A stretch of DNA of 64,000 nucleotides, from the NCBI GenBank assembly GCA_964508365.1, contig CAZDTP010000001.1, positions 99,700 through 163,699 on the forward strand, written 5' to 3'. This DNA comes from an uncultured archaeon (GTDB taxonomy: Archaea > Asgardarchaeota > Lokiarchaeia > Sigyniarchaeales > SOKP01). Below, in pieces: positions 43,184 through 52,570 of this stretch. The notes beneath the pieces are model-generated. The model was given only the letters and a program-made list of their open reading frames with translations, did not search any database and was not told the origin of the DNA. The position numbers and the translations under genes are program-made. How positions within the stretch are numbered: the first letter of the stretch is position 1; every line of letters begins with the position of its first letter.

Positions 43184-45094
43184 ATGAGTTTCGAAGGAGA
43201 ACTACAAAGAATTAAAGAAGAAATTATTCAATATCTCCCTCCCGATATAAAAGTAAATAAAATCGAATTTGAGGGCCCTGAAATAGCTGTTTACTCTGAG
43301 AATTCAAATCTTGAAGCAATTGAAAGTTCCGAAGTTCTGAAGGATTTGGCTAAATCTATGCGAAAAAGAGTGGTTTTTCGATGGAATGTAGAAAAGCGCA
43401 AAGATCCCTCTGAAACTGAAGATTATATTAGAAATTTGGTTGGCGAGGAAGCAGAAATTTCAAATATTGAATTTGATCATACACGTGGCGAAGTCATTAT
43501 AGAATCGGGAAAACCAGGGTTAGTTATTGGTAAGAAAGGTGCAAATTTAAAAGAAATTAGGCTGAATACATTCTGGCAGCCAAAAACCATCCGAACTCCT
43601 CCTCTTGCCTCGAGAACTATAAGTTTAATTAGACAAATGCTTACAAAAGAAAGACAAAATCAAAAAGATATACTCCTTGTTATTGGAAAACGAATCCACA
43701 GACCTACTCTGTTCAAGGAATTGGATATACGGCTAACTGCGTTAGGCGGATTTAGAGAAGTTGGAAGATCTTGTATCTTAATGCAGACAAGAGATAGCAA
43801 TATTCTCTTAGATGTTGGTTTGAATGTGGGGAACAAGAACGATCAATTTCCTAATTTTGATATCCCAGAATTCTCTATAAGAGATTTAGATGCTGTTATT
43901 ATTTCCCATGCTCATTTAGATCACTGTGGTATGGTTCCATACTTATACAAGTATGGATACAAAGGTCCCGTTTATTGTACTCTTCCAACTCGCAACCTGG
44001 CAACGATGTTACAATTGGATTTCGTCCAAATTTGTGAAAAAGAGGGAACTCCAATGCCTTACGGAAAAAGAGATGTGAAAAGCACGGTACTCCATACTAT
44101 TCCTCTCTCATGGGGAAAAGTCACTGACATTGCTCCCGATATAAAATTAACTCTTCATAATTCTGGACATATATTAGGATCATCGATAATTCACCTCCAT
44201 TTTGGAAAAGGAGGCTATAATTTCGTATATACTGGGGACTTCAAATATCAAAAGACTAGGCTGCTAGAACAAGCCGCTGTGAAGTTTCCCCGCGTTGAAA
44301 GTTTACTTATCGAGTCAACTTATGGCGGACCGCAAGATCGGATTCCCAGCAGGCAAGATTCCGAACGAGAACTTAGACAAATTTTAACTTCAACAATTAA
44401 ACGAGGTGGTAAGGTGCTTATCCCTGTGTTAGCCGTAGGAAGGGCGCAAGAACTTATAATCGTATTAGAAGAGTTCATTTCAAAGGGCATCATTGAGCAA
44501 GTACCTATCTTTTTAGATGGATTGATTTCTGAAGCAACCGCGATTCATACTGCAAATCCCGATTTTCTCAGCTCTGATTTAAGAGAAAAGATATTGCATC
44601 AAGGTAAAAATCCATTTCTGAGTGATTTTTTCACCACAATCTCAAGTCGCGATGAAAGGGACAACGTTATAATGGGTGGACCTTGTATAATATTAGCAAC
44701 GAGCGGTATGCTCATTGGTGGTCCTTCGGTACAATACCTAAAAGCACTCGCAGAAGATAAAAACAACGCTCTTATTTTCGTATCTTATCAAGTAAATGGT
44801 ACTTTAGGTTCAAGAATTCAACGGGGATTTCGCGAAATTCAATATTCTAACGCAAAGGGAAGAACCCAACTAGTACGACTTAATTTGAATGTTTTCACTT
44901 TAGAAGGATTTAGTGGTCATTCATCGCGCAGCCAAATATCTCAATTTCTGCGCAGAATTCAACCCAAACCTAAACTTGTTATAACAAATCACGGCGAAGA
45001 GAGTAAATGCGTGAGTTTATCGACGATGATTCATAAGAAATTAAGGAAAGCAACTAAAAGTCCTAAAAATCGAGAAACTGTGCTCCTAAAATAA
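43184..45094 (+). CDS. fttA: aCPSF1 / FttA beta-CASP ribonuclease (transcription termination factor)
   Basis: N-terminal KH domains (GLVIGKKG), LGGFREVGRS, HAHLDH, SGHILGS, ESTYGG, FSGHS and HGE motifs. Confidence 0.95.
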   Translation: MSFEGELQRIKEEIIQYLPPDIKVNKIEFEGPEIAVYSENSNLEAIESSEVLKDLAKSMRKRVVFRWNVEKRKDPSETEDYIRNLVGEEAEISNIEFDHTRGEVIIESGKPGLVIGKKGANLKEIRLNTFWQPKTIRTPPLASRTISLIRQMLTKERQNQKDILLVIGKRIHRPTLFKELDIRLTALGGFREVGRSCILMQTRDSNILLDVGLNVGNKNDQFPNFDIPEFSIRDLDAVIISHAHLDHCGMVPYLYKYGYKGPVYCTLPTRNLATMLQLDFVQICEKEGTPMPYGKRDVKSTVLHTIPLSWGKVTDIAPDIKLTLHNSGHILGSSIIHLHFGKGGYNFVYTGDFKYQKTRLLEQAAVKFPRVESLLIESTYGGPQDRIPSRQDSERELRQILTSTIKRGGKVLIPVLAVGRAQELIIVLEEFISKGIIEQVPIFLDGLISEATAIHTANPDFLSSDLREKILHQGKNPFLSDFFTTISSRDERDNVIMGGPCIILATSGMLIGGPSVQYLKALAEDKNNALIFVSYQVNGTLGSRIQRGFREIQYSNAKGRTQLVRLNLNVFTLEGFSGHSSRSQISQFLRRIQPKPKLVITNHGEESKCVSLSTMIHKKLRKATKSPKNRETVLLK

Positions 45095-45233
45095 GAACTA
45101 ATAGACTCCTTTTTCATTCTATATTTAATTGTTATAGACTCTTGAAAAATTCCCCTAGAATCATCCTAATTTATATTTTAAGAAAAATATAAGTATACAC
45201 TAATGATATTTAATTTTCAAAAGAGTTGATTTT

Positions 45234-45668
45234 ATGCCGTTATTCGAACTAAAAATAGAAATTGCTTCACCTGTAGAGAAGGTTTACAAAATTCTTAACG
45301 ATTATTTGACTCTACCAAGGTGGAATATAGTTGTAACAGAATGTACACAGCTTGAACCTAAAAAATACTTCCTGAAAACGAATGTGGGAGATGTGACAAA
45401 CACTGAAATAGAAAATATACCTCGTGAAAAGATGACATCCATTCAAGAGGGTAGTCCGATGCAAAAAATTGGATATATTTTCGAAGATAAAGGTGAGTCT
45501 ACTATTGTCACATTATGGGCTGAATTTGAATTAGAGGATCAAAGAAACATTATGGAAATGGCTGGAGACTTATTTCTAAAAAGTCTAAAAGTGTATGTTA
45601 ATTATCTCAATGATGGCGGAAACCCAGAAGAATATAAGAAATCTTTTAGTAAAATTAAAAAAGCGTAA
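45234..45668 (+). CDS. SRPBCC/START-like ligand-binding protein
   Basis: IEIASPVEKVYKILNDYLTLPRW start typical of the fold; 144 aa. Confidence 0.7.
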   Translation: MPLFELKIEIASPVEKVYKILNDYLTLPRWNIVVTECTQLEPKKYFLKTNVGDVTNTEIENIPREKMTSIQEGSPMQKIGYIFEDKGESTIVTLWAEFELEDQRNIMEMAGDLFLKSLKVYVNYLNDGGNPEEYKKSFSKIKKA

Positions 45669-45819
45669 ATGGATTTCCACTAATTTTTTTAATTTCTATA
45701 TACTCAAAAAAACTCTAGTTTATAGATCTCTTTTTTCAGAAAACAGAAAATCCACACGTCTCATTTAGGAAGATCAATTTTTTTAACCAGCAATTATTTA
45801 TTAATTTAAAATTGAACAT

Positions 45820-46770
45820 GTGATATCTTTGAGATTTAAAAGGTTAAAAATAAGGGAAAACTCGATTACTATCACCCGAAGGATTATTCAGATTCTTGCT
45901 TTTTTAATTGTCAATTACATGATTCTCGAGATTATTCTTCCAATTAATTTATTAAGTTTAGAAGGGCTTACTAAAGTTTTACCTATTTTAAATTCACCAA
46001 GAAATCCTTTATCTAAAGGTGGAGGAATTTTAGAATATATCTTTTTTTCCATGGCAGAAGGAGTTTTTCCTTTTTTCCTTATCGCAGTGTTACTATTAGT
46101 TTTATTATTCTCGAATCGATTCTTTTGTGGCTGGATATGCCCTATAGGTTCAATTCAAGACGCATGTGCTGCGATCCCTACTAAAAAAAGGAAAATTAAG
46201 ATACAAACACATAAAACTCTGTTGAACATAAAATATGTATTCATAATTATCACTATTATCATTATCTTCCCTTTAGGGATTACAAAAAATGCAAATATTT
46301 TGTTTTACATCGATTTTAAAACCCAATTAGGTACTTTCGCTCAACAACCCATTGGATTTTTCTCTCTTTCAGAATTTATCTTCGTCTATTTCCCCTACTT
46401 GGTCCAGAACATCTTTCTTCCAGCACAATTTGGTGCTCTCGAATTTGGAGGTTATATCATCTTAATTTTTTACTCTTTGATTATTATATTATCATTCTGG
46501 TATCCACGAATATACTGCAGGTATATATGCCCATTTGCAGCGATTTCCTCGGCAGTTACAGAATATTCCTTCTTAAAACTGGCGCGCAACCCTGTTAAAT
46601 GTGTAGGGCGATCGGAATGCGGTATTTGTGAGGATGTCTGTCCGAAACAGATTCGAATCTTAGATGAACCATTTGAGTTCTTTACAGGGAGGGGAGAATG
46701 TAATCTCTGTCTAAAATGCAAAGAAAAGTGTCCTTACGATGCCATTATTATTAAATTTGGAAATGTGTGA
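45820..46770 (+). CDS. Membrane 4Fe-4S protein, NapH/MauN family
   Basis: CGWICPIG and YCRYICPF motifs, several TM helices, two C-terminal ferredoxin-type Cys clusters. Confidence 0.85.
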   Translation: MISLRFKRLKIRENSITITRRIIQILAFLIVNYMILEIILPINLLSLEGLTKVLPILNSPRNPLSKGGGILEYIFFSMAEGVFPFFLIAVLLLVLLFSNRFFCGWICPIGSIQDACAAIPTKKRKIKIQTHKTLLNIKYVFIIITIIIIFPLGITKNANILFYIDFKTQLGTFAQQPIGFFSLSEFIFVYFPYLVQNIFLPAQFGALEFGGYIILIFYSLIIILSFWYPRIYCRYICPFAAISSAVTEYSFLKLARNPVKCVGRSECGICEDVCPKQIRILDEPFEFFTGRGECNLCLKCKEKCPYDAIIIKFGNV

Positions 46771-46812
46771 TCATTCTTCATTAATCCCAATAAAATATAA
46801 GTGAGTTAATAC

Positions 46813-48021
46813 GTGGATCCTAAAAATTTTAAAATTTATACACTTCATATGAGACGAGATTCAGATATTGGAGATTTAGCTATATCTGATTCTCAAGCAG
46901 TAAGATTTTACGAAGAAGATGAAGAATCTGATATTGACATCCGACCTGCATTCTTTCGAGATGGTGATCGTATTGTCCACAGTAAAGCTTACGCTCGTTA
47001 TATTGATAAAACTCAAGTATTTTTTGGCATTAACAACGCAAATATTACTCATCGTTCTTTGCATGTAATGTTAGTAGCTAGAATTGCGCGCCAGATTGGG
47101 CGTATATTAAAATTTAATAATGATTTAATAGAAGCGATTGCTTTAAGTCACGATGTAGGACATTCCCCATTTGGACACTTAGGTGAAGCTATATTAAATG
47201 ATATAAGTTTAAAAAATCATATGGGTGGTTTTAACCATAATGCTCAAGGAATAAGGTGGTTATCACATCTTGAAAAAAGATTTCCTAACGAACCTGCAAA
47301 AGGATTAAATCTAACCCTTCAAGTACTAGATGGCGTTCTATGCCACGACGGCGAAGTTAACGAGAGAGAATTGAAGCCAGTATCAATAAATGGAAAAACT
47401 TGGGAAGATCACTTTAAAGAATATAACGAAAGTTTCAAAACAAATCAAGTTAAAAGGATACCTATGTCTTTCGAAGCCATCGCAGTAAGATTTGCGGATT
47501 CTATAGCCTATATTGGCCGGGATATTGAAGACGCAATTCTATTAAAAATAATTAAAAGAAGCGATATCCCTAAAAATTGCAGAAATACACTTGGAGATAC
47601 AAATCGAACTATCATGAAAACAATTATCATGGATTTATTGAACACAAGTTTACATAACAAAATAATCGGCTACAGTGAAGACATTTTTGAAGCGTTCAAA
47701 GAACTAAAGAAATTTAATTATATTAATATATATAGTCGAAGAGATATGCATAAAAGTGAAGATTCTAAAAATTCCTACATGGAAAATTTAACAAAGCAAT
47801 TCAACCTAATTTTTGAAAATTCTCTCCGAGATTTGGAGGAAGAGAACTTTAAAGCTCCTATTTTTAAAGACCATATAGAGTATATTGATGATGAAAAATA
47901 CTCAACATATTATGAACCAAATAAGCAAAATGGAAATCTTAAGTTAATAGCTCGTGATTTTATCGCAGGCATGAGCGATAAGTATTTTCATAAGATATTT
48001 TCCCTTTATAACACTGAATAG
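46813..48021 (+). CDS. HD-domain dNTP triphosphohydrolase (dGTPase-like)
   Basis: RDGDRIVHS, KTQVF, HDVGHSPFGHLGE, FNHNAQG, ADSIAY and DFIAGMSD motifs. Confidence 0.85.
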   Translation: MDPKNFKIYTLHMRRDSDIGDLAISDSQAVRFYEEDEESDIDIRPAFFRDGDRIVHSKAYARYIDKTQVFFGINNANITHRSLHVMLVARIARQIGRILKFNNDLIEAIALSHDVGHSPFGHLGEAILNDISLKNHMGGFNHNAQGIRWLSHLEKRFPNEPAKGLNLTLQVLDGVLCHDGEVNERELKPVSINGKTWEDHFKEYNESFKTNQVKRIPMSFEAIAVRFADSIAYIGRDIEDAILLKIIKRSDIPKNCRNTLGDTNRTIMKTIIMDLLNTSLHNKIIGYSEDIFEAFKELKKFNYINIYSRRDMHKSEDSKNSYMENLTKQFNLIFENSLRDLEEENFKAPIFKDHIEYIDDEKYSTYYEPNKQNGNLKLIARDFIAGMSDKYFHKIFSLYNTE

Positions 48022-48061
48022 AGAGATTAGTATTAAGTGTTAATTATCTTTCCAAAAAAAA

Positions 48062-48224
48062 GGATTACACTAGGAGGATAAGGTATTACTTTTAAGTACG
48101 GGGTTTTGTTTTTTCAGTTTCCCAAAATACGCAGAATACGCGTAATTTCACGGGGTTTTAATGCTCATAAGAACATTAATAAAAACAAGTTTTTATAATC
48201 CTCCTTGTTAAGTTAGTGTAATCC
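48062..48224. repeat. 163-bp element with bipartite terminal inverted repeats and internal direct repeats (MITE-like or structured RNA)
   Basis: GGATTACACTA 48062-72 / TAGTGTAATCC 48214-24; AGGAGGAT 48072-79 / ATCCTCCT 48198-205; ACGGGGTTTT at 48098 and 48150. Confidence 0.5.
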
Positions 48225-48385
48225 AATAGAATATAAAATCATTCTCTTATAAAAATGTATCTTTATTTTTTTTTATACCTTATAAAATCTTAACCTCTAG
48301 TTGGCTTTTTGATTAGCCTCTTTCTAAAAGAAAAAGATTTTTTAGATAATACCACCTATATTTTATCAATTAATTATCAAATTAA

Positions 48386-48458
48386 AGCCCAGTAGTGTAG
48401 CGGTCAAGCATCTGGGGCCCTGAACCCCGTGACCACGGTTCGAATCCGTGCTGGGCTA
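48386..48458 (+). tRNA. tRNA-Gln (anticodon CTG)
   Basis: Acceptor AGCCCAG/CTGGGCT+A (archaeal A1-U72), anticodon stem TGGGG/CCCCG with loop CCCTGAA, T-arm CACGG-TTCGAAT-CCGTG. Confidence 0.93.
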
Positions 48459-48466
48459 ATTTTATT

Positions 48467-48780
48467 TTAACCCGTTCTTTTTATTATATGATAACCCTAT
48501 TTAGGGTTAACTGGCTGAGAAATTTCACTAATTTTTTACCTCATAAAAGCGTTCCAGAACGCTCGAACCATATCACCCTTAGAGAATTCTCCTAGATTAC
48601 CACTTTTATTTTACTTGGACAAGTAGAAAATTTTTGTGCTAGAATTTCAAATCTCTTTCCTGTTTGTATATCTTCATATAATTCTTGGGCTCTCCTAAAT
48701 TTATCAACCAAAATATAACTTACTTTAATTTTTTCTCCATGAATGGGTGCTCCTCCAGCATCTTTTCCTGAACCTTTCAA
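48467..48780 (-). pseudogene. Decayed copy of the parvulin gene at 52190-52552
   Basis: After a 1-nt frameshift near 48600 it reads GNLGEFSKGDMVRAFWNAFMR*KISEISQPVNPK*GYHIIKRTG*, matching the intact copy with two in-frame stops. Confidence 0.9.
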
Positions 48781-48885
48781 ACTTTGACGGTGAGGATATG
48801 TTTTAAAAAATCTATTAATTGCCTTTAAGAGTTGTTTTTATTATAAAATTTACTTAATTAACTTATTATCATCACTATAAATTGA

Positions 48886-49197
48886 TTATAAAAATTGAAT
48901 AATTCTTCTTGATTCAAAGTTATATAAAACCCAAGATGTATTTAAAAAACAACCCCCTTCGAAAATAGGCGCTATATCCTGTAAAATTTGATCTATTGAT
49001 ATAATCATATGAGATTTCATGATGTTTGCAATCATAGTGATAAATCTAGGGATATGGTTTGAATCCATTTCGATAGGAATTTCAATAAATATTTCCTCAT
49101 CAGTATCATAGAAATGAAACTTATCTGATGGTATTACCTTAAAATTAAGATTACTAGGAGATAGTATATCAATTTCTTCTAAAATCGATAAAATCAT
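48886..49197 (-). CDS. Hypothetical protein
   Basis: 103-aa ORF occupying an otherwise empty interval; no recognised motif. Confidence 0.45.
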   Translation of the reverse strand: MILSILEEIDILSPSNLNFKVIPSDKFHFYDTDEEIFIEIPIEMDSNHIPRFITMIANIMKSHMIISIDQILQDIAPIFEGGCFLNTSWVLYNFESRRIIQFL

Positions 49198-49322
49198 TTG
49201 GTTGAAACCAAAAAAAAAAAATTTTTTTTCTATATCTTTATATATAATAATAACGTAAATTTTTATTAATAAATTAAAAATATTTATTTAAAAAAATTAT
49301 ACAATATATCTAAGGGGATATT

Positions 49323-50630
49323 TTGGAAAAAAAAGCATATCAATTTAAAAGCATTTATATTCTAATTTTCTCGCTGCTTTATTTAATACAAGGAATAACC
49401 CAAAGTATGTTTATGGTTATTATACCCGTTTATTTACTTGAAATACTAGGTTCGGTACAAGCTTCTACTATTGCCTTCTTAGGATCAATAATTATGATCC
49501 CATTCGTACTAAAAATAATTTTTGGTGCTTTAAGTGATAAGTATGGTATTAAAAAACTAGGAAGAAGAAAACCGTGGATTATTGGAGCATTGATTTTTAG
49601 TGGATTAGTTGTGATGTTTTTACCTATTCTAGTTAATGCGAATCCTAGCGCAGTTGTTGCAATTATTATTTTAGTGGGTTTCTTTTCTATGTTCGGATTG
49701 GCTATGTCAGATACTGTGATAGATGGGTTTATTCTCGACATTACTCCTAAAAATCAATTAGGTCGTATTCAGGGGGCAACATGGGGATTTAGATCTGTAG
49801 GAATAGTGCTTGGTGGTCCAGCAATTTTACTTTTTATGTATATAATGCCATTAGAATTAATATTTATTATGTTAGGAATCTTAACTATAGTCTTTGCGAT
49901 GTTTGTTCTTTATATTAAAGATATTGAAGAACCAAGAAAGATAGATTACTTCACTAATCTTAAATTAATAATTGTTAAAGGTAAAAACTGGAAACTATTC
50001 ATTTTTTCTTTTTTTACTGCGATTATTGATGGAGTCATTTTTTCAGTCATTTCTCTTTATGTTTTAATCCGTGCAGGTATAATTACGGCTGAAGGTGCTA
50101 CTCTTGAAATGTTGGAAACAGAAATTAATTTATATGAACCACAAGCTTTTATATCATCAATAGTTGGAGGAGGTATATTATTAGGTGCTTTTCTCGGAGG
50201 TTACATTGCAGACTTAAAATCAAGAAGATTTACTTATTATTTGGGACTTGTTTTTATAACAGGTTCTTTAATTTTATTACTGATTCCTGTTCCTGTGATA
50301 ATATTATTAATTTTTCTAATCATAGTAGGAGCTGCGAGTGGTTGGAGTCACGCGAGTTTTGGTTCTATTGCTAGTGGATATTCAAGAGAATATCATGAGG
50401 TTCGGAGTTCTTATTTTGCTCTAAGTGCTTCATTTGTTAATTTTGGGACGATGTTAGGATTATCTCTCACTGGAATGATATTGGAATCAATGTCAGAAAT
50501 TACTTCAGATACATATCTTATTTATTCTGTTGTTTTTATATTTATGGCAATTCTTTCAAATATAGGTCTAATAGCGTTTTTAACTCTCGATCCAAAAATA
50601 TATGAGTACAAAACTAAGAAACAATCGTAA
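49323..50630 (+). CDS. MFS transporter (AmpG/PAT-like)
   Basis: About 12 TM segments, SDKYG...GRRKPW and DTVIDG motifs. Confidence 0.85.
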   Translation: MEKKAYQFKSIYILIFSLLYLIQGITQSMFMVIIPVYLLEILGSVQASTIAFLGSIIMIPFVLKIIFGALSDKYGIKKLGRRKPWIIGALIFSGLVVMFLPILVNANPSAVVAIIILVGFFSMFGLAMSDTVIDGFILDITPKNQLGRIQGATWGFRSVGIVLGGPAILLFMYIMPLELIFIMLGILTIVFAMFVLYIKDIEEPRKIDYFTNLKLIIVKGKNWKLFIFSFFTAIIDGVIFSVISLYVLIRAGIITAEGATLEMLETEINLYEPQAFISSIVGGGILLGAFLGGYIADLKSRRFTYYLGLVFITGSLILLLIPVPVIILLIFLIIVGAASGWSHASFGSIASGYSREYHEVRSSYFALSASFVNFGTMLGLSLTGMILESMSEITSDTYLIYSVVFIFMAILSNIGLIAFLTLDPKIYEYKTKKQS

Positions 50631-50712
50631 AATTTAATTATAATATAAATCATATTTTTTTTTTAATCATTTTTATTATTAGAAATGCACCTATTAAAAA
50701 AAGGGAAAAAAG

Positions 50713-52134
50713 TTGTCAAAAAAATATACTAATTGGATTAAAGAAAATCGGCAAAGATTAATAGATATTAGTAATCAAATTTGGGAATTTGCAGAAGTGG
50801 GATTTCAAGAATTCAAATCTACAGAGCTTTTAATTAAAACATTACAAGAGGAGGGTTTTTCGGTTGAAAAAAATGTAGCAGGTATGCCTACCGCTTTTTA
50901 TGCTAGCTATGGCAATAAGAAGCCTGTGATTGCTATTTTAGGCGAATATGACGCCTTGCCAGGTTTAAGTCAAATAGCTGAACCAATACAAAAACAATTG
51001 AAAGAAGGGGCGCCAGGACATGGGTGCGGGCATAATTTATTAGGAACAGGTTCTTTGGGAGCTGTTTTAGCAGTAAAAAATGCAATTCTTGCTGGAGATA
51101 TTGATGGAACTATTAGATATTATGGCTGTCCTGCGGAGGAAAAATTTAACAGTAAGGGGTATATGATAAATGCTGGAGCATTTAAAGATGTAGATATTGC
51201 TCTAACATGGCATCCTGCTTTTTTGAATGCATTGACTGATGTATCACTCTTAGCAATATATTATGTGAAATTTAGATTCCATGGTCGTACAGCTCACGCA
51301 GCTTTTGACCCACAAAATGGACGCAGTGCATTAGATGCTGTAGAACTTATGAATATTGGTGTTAATTATATGCGAGAACATATGATACCTGAGGCTAGAA
51401 TTCATTATGTAATTACAAATGGTGGTAAAGCCCCAAATGTAGTACCAGATGAAGCAGAAGTTTATTACTTTATTAGAGCACCTGAACATCATACTGTTGA
51501 GAACCTTTATAAACGTGTAATTAAAATAGTTGAAGGTGCGGCATTAATGACAGAAACTAAAATGGAAATAGATTTTTTGGGAGGAACGTACAGTCCTTTA
51601 CATAATGATGTAGTTGGATCTGTAATTCTTTCTAAAATGAAAAGGATTGGTAGTCCTAAATTTGATGAGAAAGATCGAGAATTTGCAGAGAGACTCAAAA
51701 AAACTATACCGTCAGGTGCATTGGATGCTTATGCAAGTGTAATTCCTCCTAATTTCCAAAAAATGGCTGAGCAAATATTTAGTCAACCCTTAAACACAAT
51801 TATAATTCCTAGTATGGGCAAAGGAAAAATTATGCCTGGCTCTTCAGATGTTTCTGATGTATCAAGAGTCACACCATTGGGAGAATTTGCTACAACTTGT
51901 CAAATTATGGGATCTCCACAGCACTCTTGGCAAAATGTCTGCACATCAGGTATGAGTATTGGTCATAAAGGTATGTTAACAGCAGCAAAAATATTAGCAT
52001 TATCTGCTATAGAATTCATGAGCAATCCCGAATTAGTATATGAAGCAAAAAAAGAATTTGAAGAAGCTACTAAAAACAAACCTTATAAATCTCTCTTTCC
52101 AGAAGGATTCAAACCTCCATTTATCAATCAATAA
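50713..52134 (+). CDS. M20 amidohydrolase, AbgB-like
   Basis: GEYDALPG, HGCGHN, PAEE, AHAA, GSSDVSDVS and HSW motifs. Confidence 0.88.
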   Translation: MSKKYTNWIKENRQRLIDISNQIWEFAEVGFQEFKSTELLIKTLQEEGFSVEKNVAGMPTAFYASYGNKKPVIAILGEYDALPGLSQIAEPIQKQLKEGAPGHGCGHNLLGTGSLGAVLAVKNAILAGDIDGTIRYYGCPAEEKFNSKGYMINAGAFKDVDIALTWHPAFLNALTDVSLLAIYYVKFRFHGRTAHAAFDPQNGRSALDAVELMNIGVNYMREHMIPEARIHYVITNGGKAPNVVPDEAEVYYFIRAPEHHTVENLYKRVIKIVEGAALMTETKMEIDFLGGTYSPLHNDVVGSVILSKMKRIGSPKFDEKDREFAERLKKTIPSGALDAYASVIPPNFQKMAEQIFSQPLNTIIIPSMGKGKIMPGSSDVSDVSRVTPLGEFATTCQIMGSPQHSWQNVCTSGMSIGHKGMLTAAKILALSAIEFMSNPELVYEAKKEFEEATKNKPYKSLFPEGFKPPFINQ

Positions 52135-52189
52135 ACCAAAAAAGACGACAAGAGATTATTGAAAAACAATCGATGTAGCAATTAGTAAT

Positions 52190-52552
52190 TTATCCCGTTC
52201 TTTTAATAATATGATATCCAAATTGAGATTTAACGGGTTGAGAAATTTCGTTGATCTTCAATTTTGTACAAGCATTCCAAAATTCAGCTACCATATCCCC
52301 TTTAGCAAATTCTCCTAAATTTCCGCCTTTTTTCTTACTCGAACATGTAGAAAATTGCCTCGCTAAGGTTTCAAAGTTCTCTCCGGCTTGAACATCTTCG
52401 TAAAGCTCTTGAGCTCTACTGAATTTATCAACTAAAATGTGACTGGCTTTGATTTTACCACCACGGATTGGAGTTCCTCCACCTTTAGGGCCAGAGCCTT
52501 TTGAGGCTTGACCTTTCTTATCATATCCTTTCCCATACTTTCCTTTTCCCAT
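52190..52552 (-). CDS. Parvulin-type peptidyl-prolyl isomerase with Gly/Lys-rich N-terminal extension (Par14-like)
   Basis: ASHILV, FSTCSS, GGNLGEF, MVAEF and FGYHII motifs; GPKGGG extension. Confidence 0.92.
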   Translation of the reverse strand: MGKGKYGKGYDKKGQASKGSGPKGGGTPIRGGKIKASHILVDKFSRAQELYEDVQAGENFETLARQFSTCSSKKKGGNLGEFAKGDMVAEFWNACTKLKINEISQPVKSQFGYHIIKRTG

Positions 52553-52570
52553 TATTCCACACCTAAAGCT

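Noticed and set aside
48098-48159. G-string repeats as ORB/mini-ORB of a replication origin
   Set aside because: Only the GGGG part resembles ORBs, the TTCCAGTGGAAAC core is absent, and there is no cdc6/orc1 gene in the window
39694-48458. Integrated mobile element at either tRNA
   Set aside because: No integrase or transposase and no duplicated tRNA 3' end (att site) found within the window
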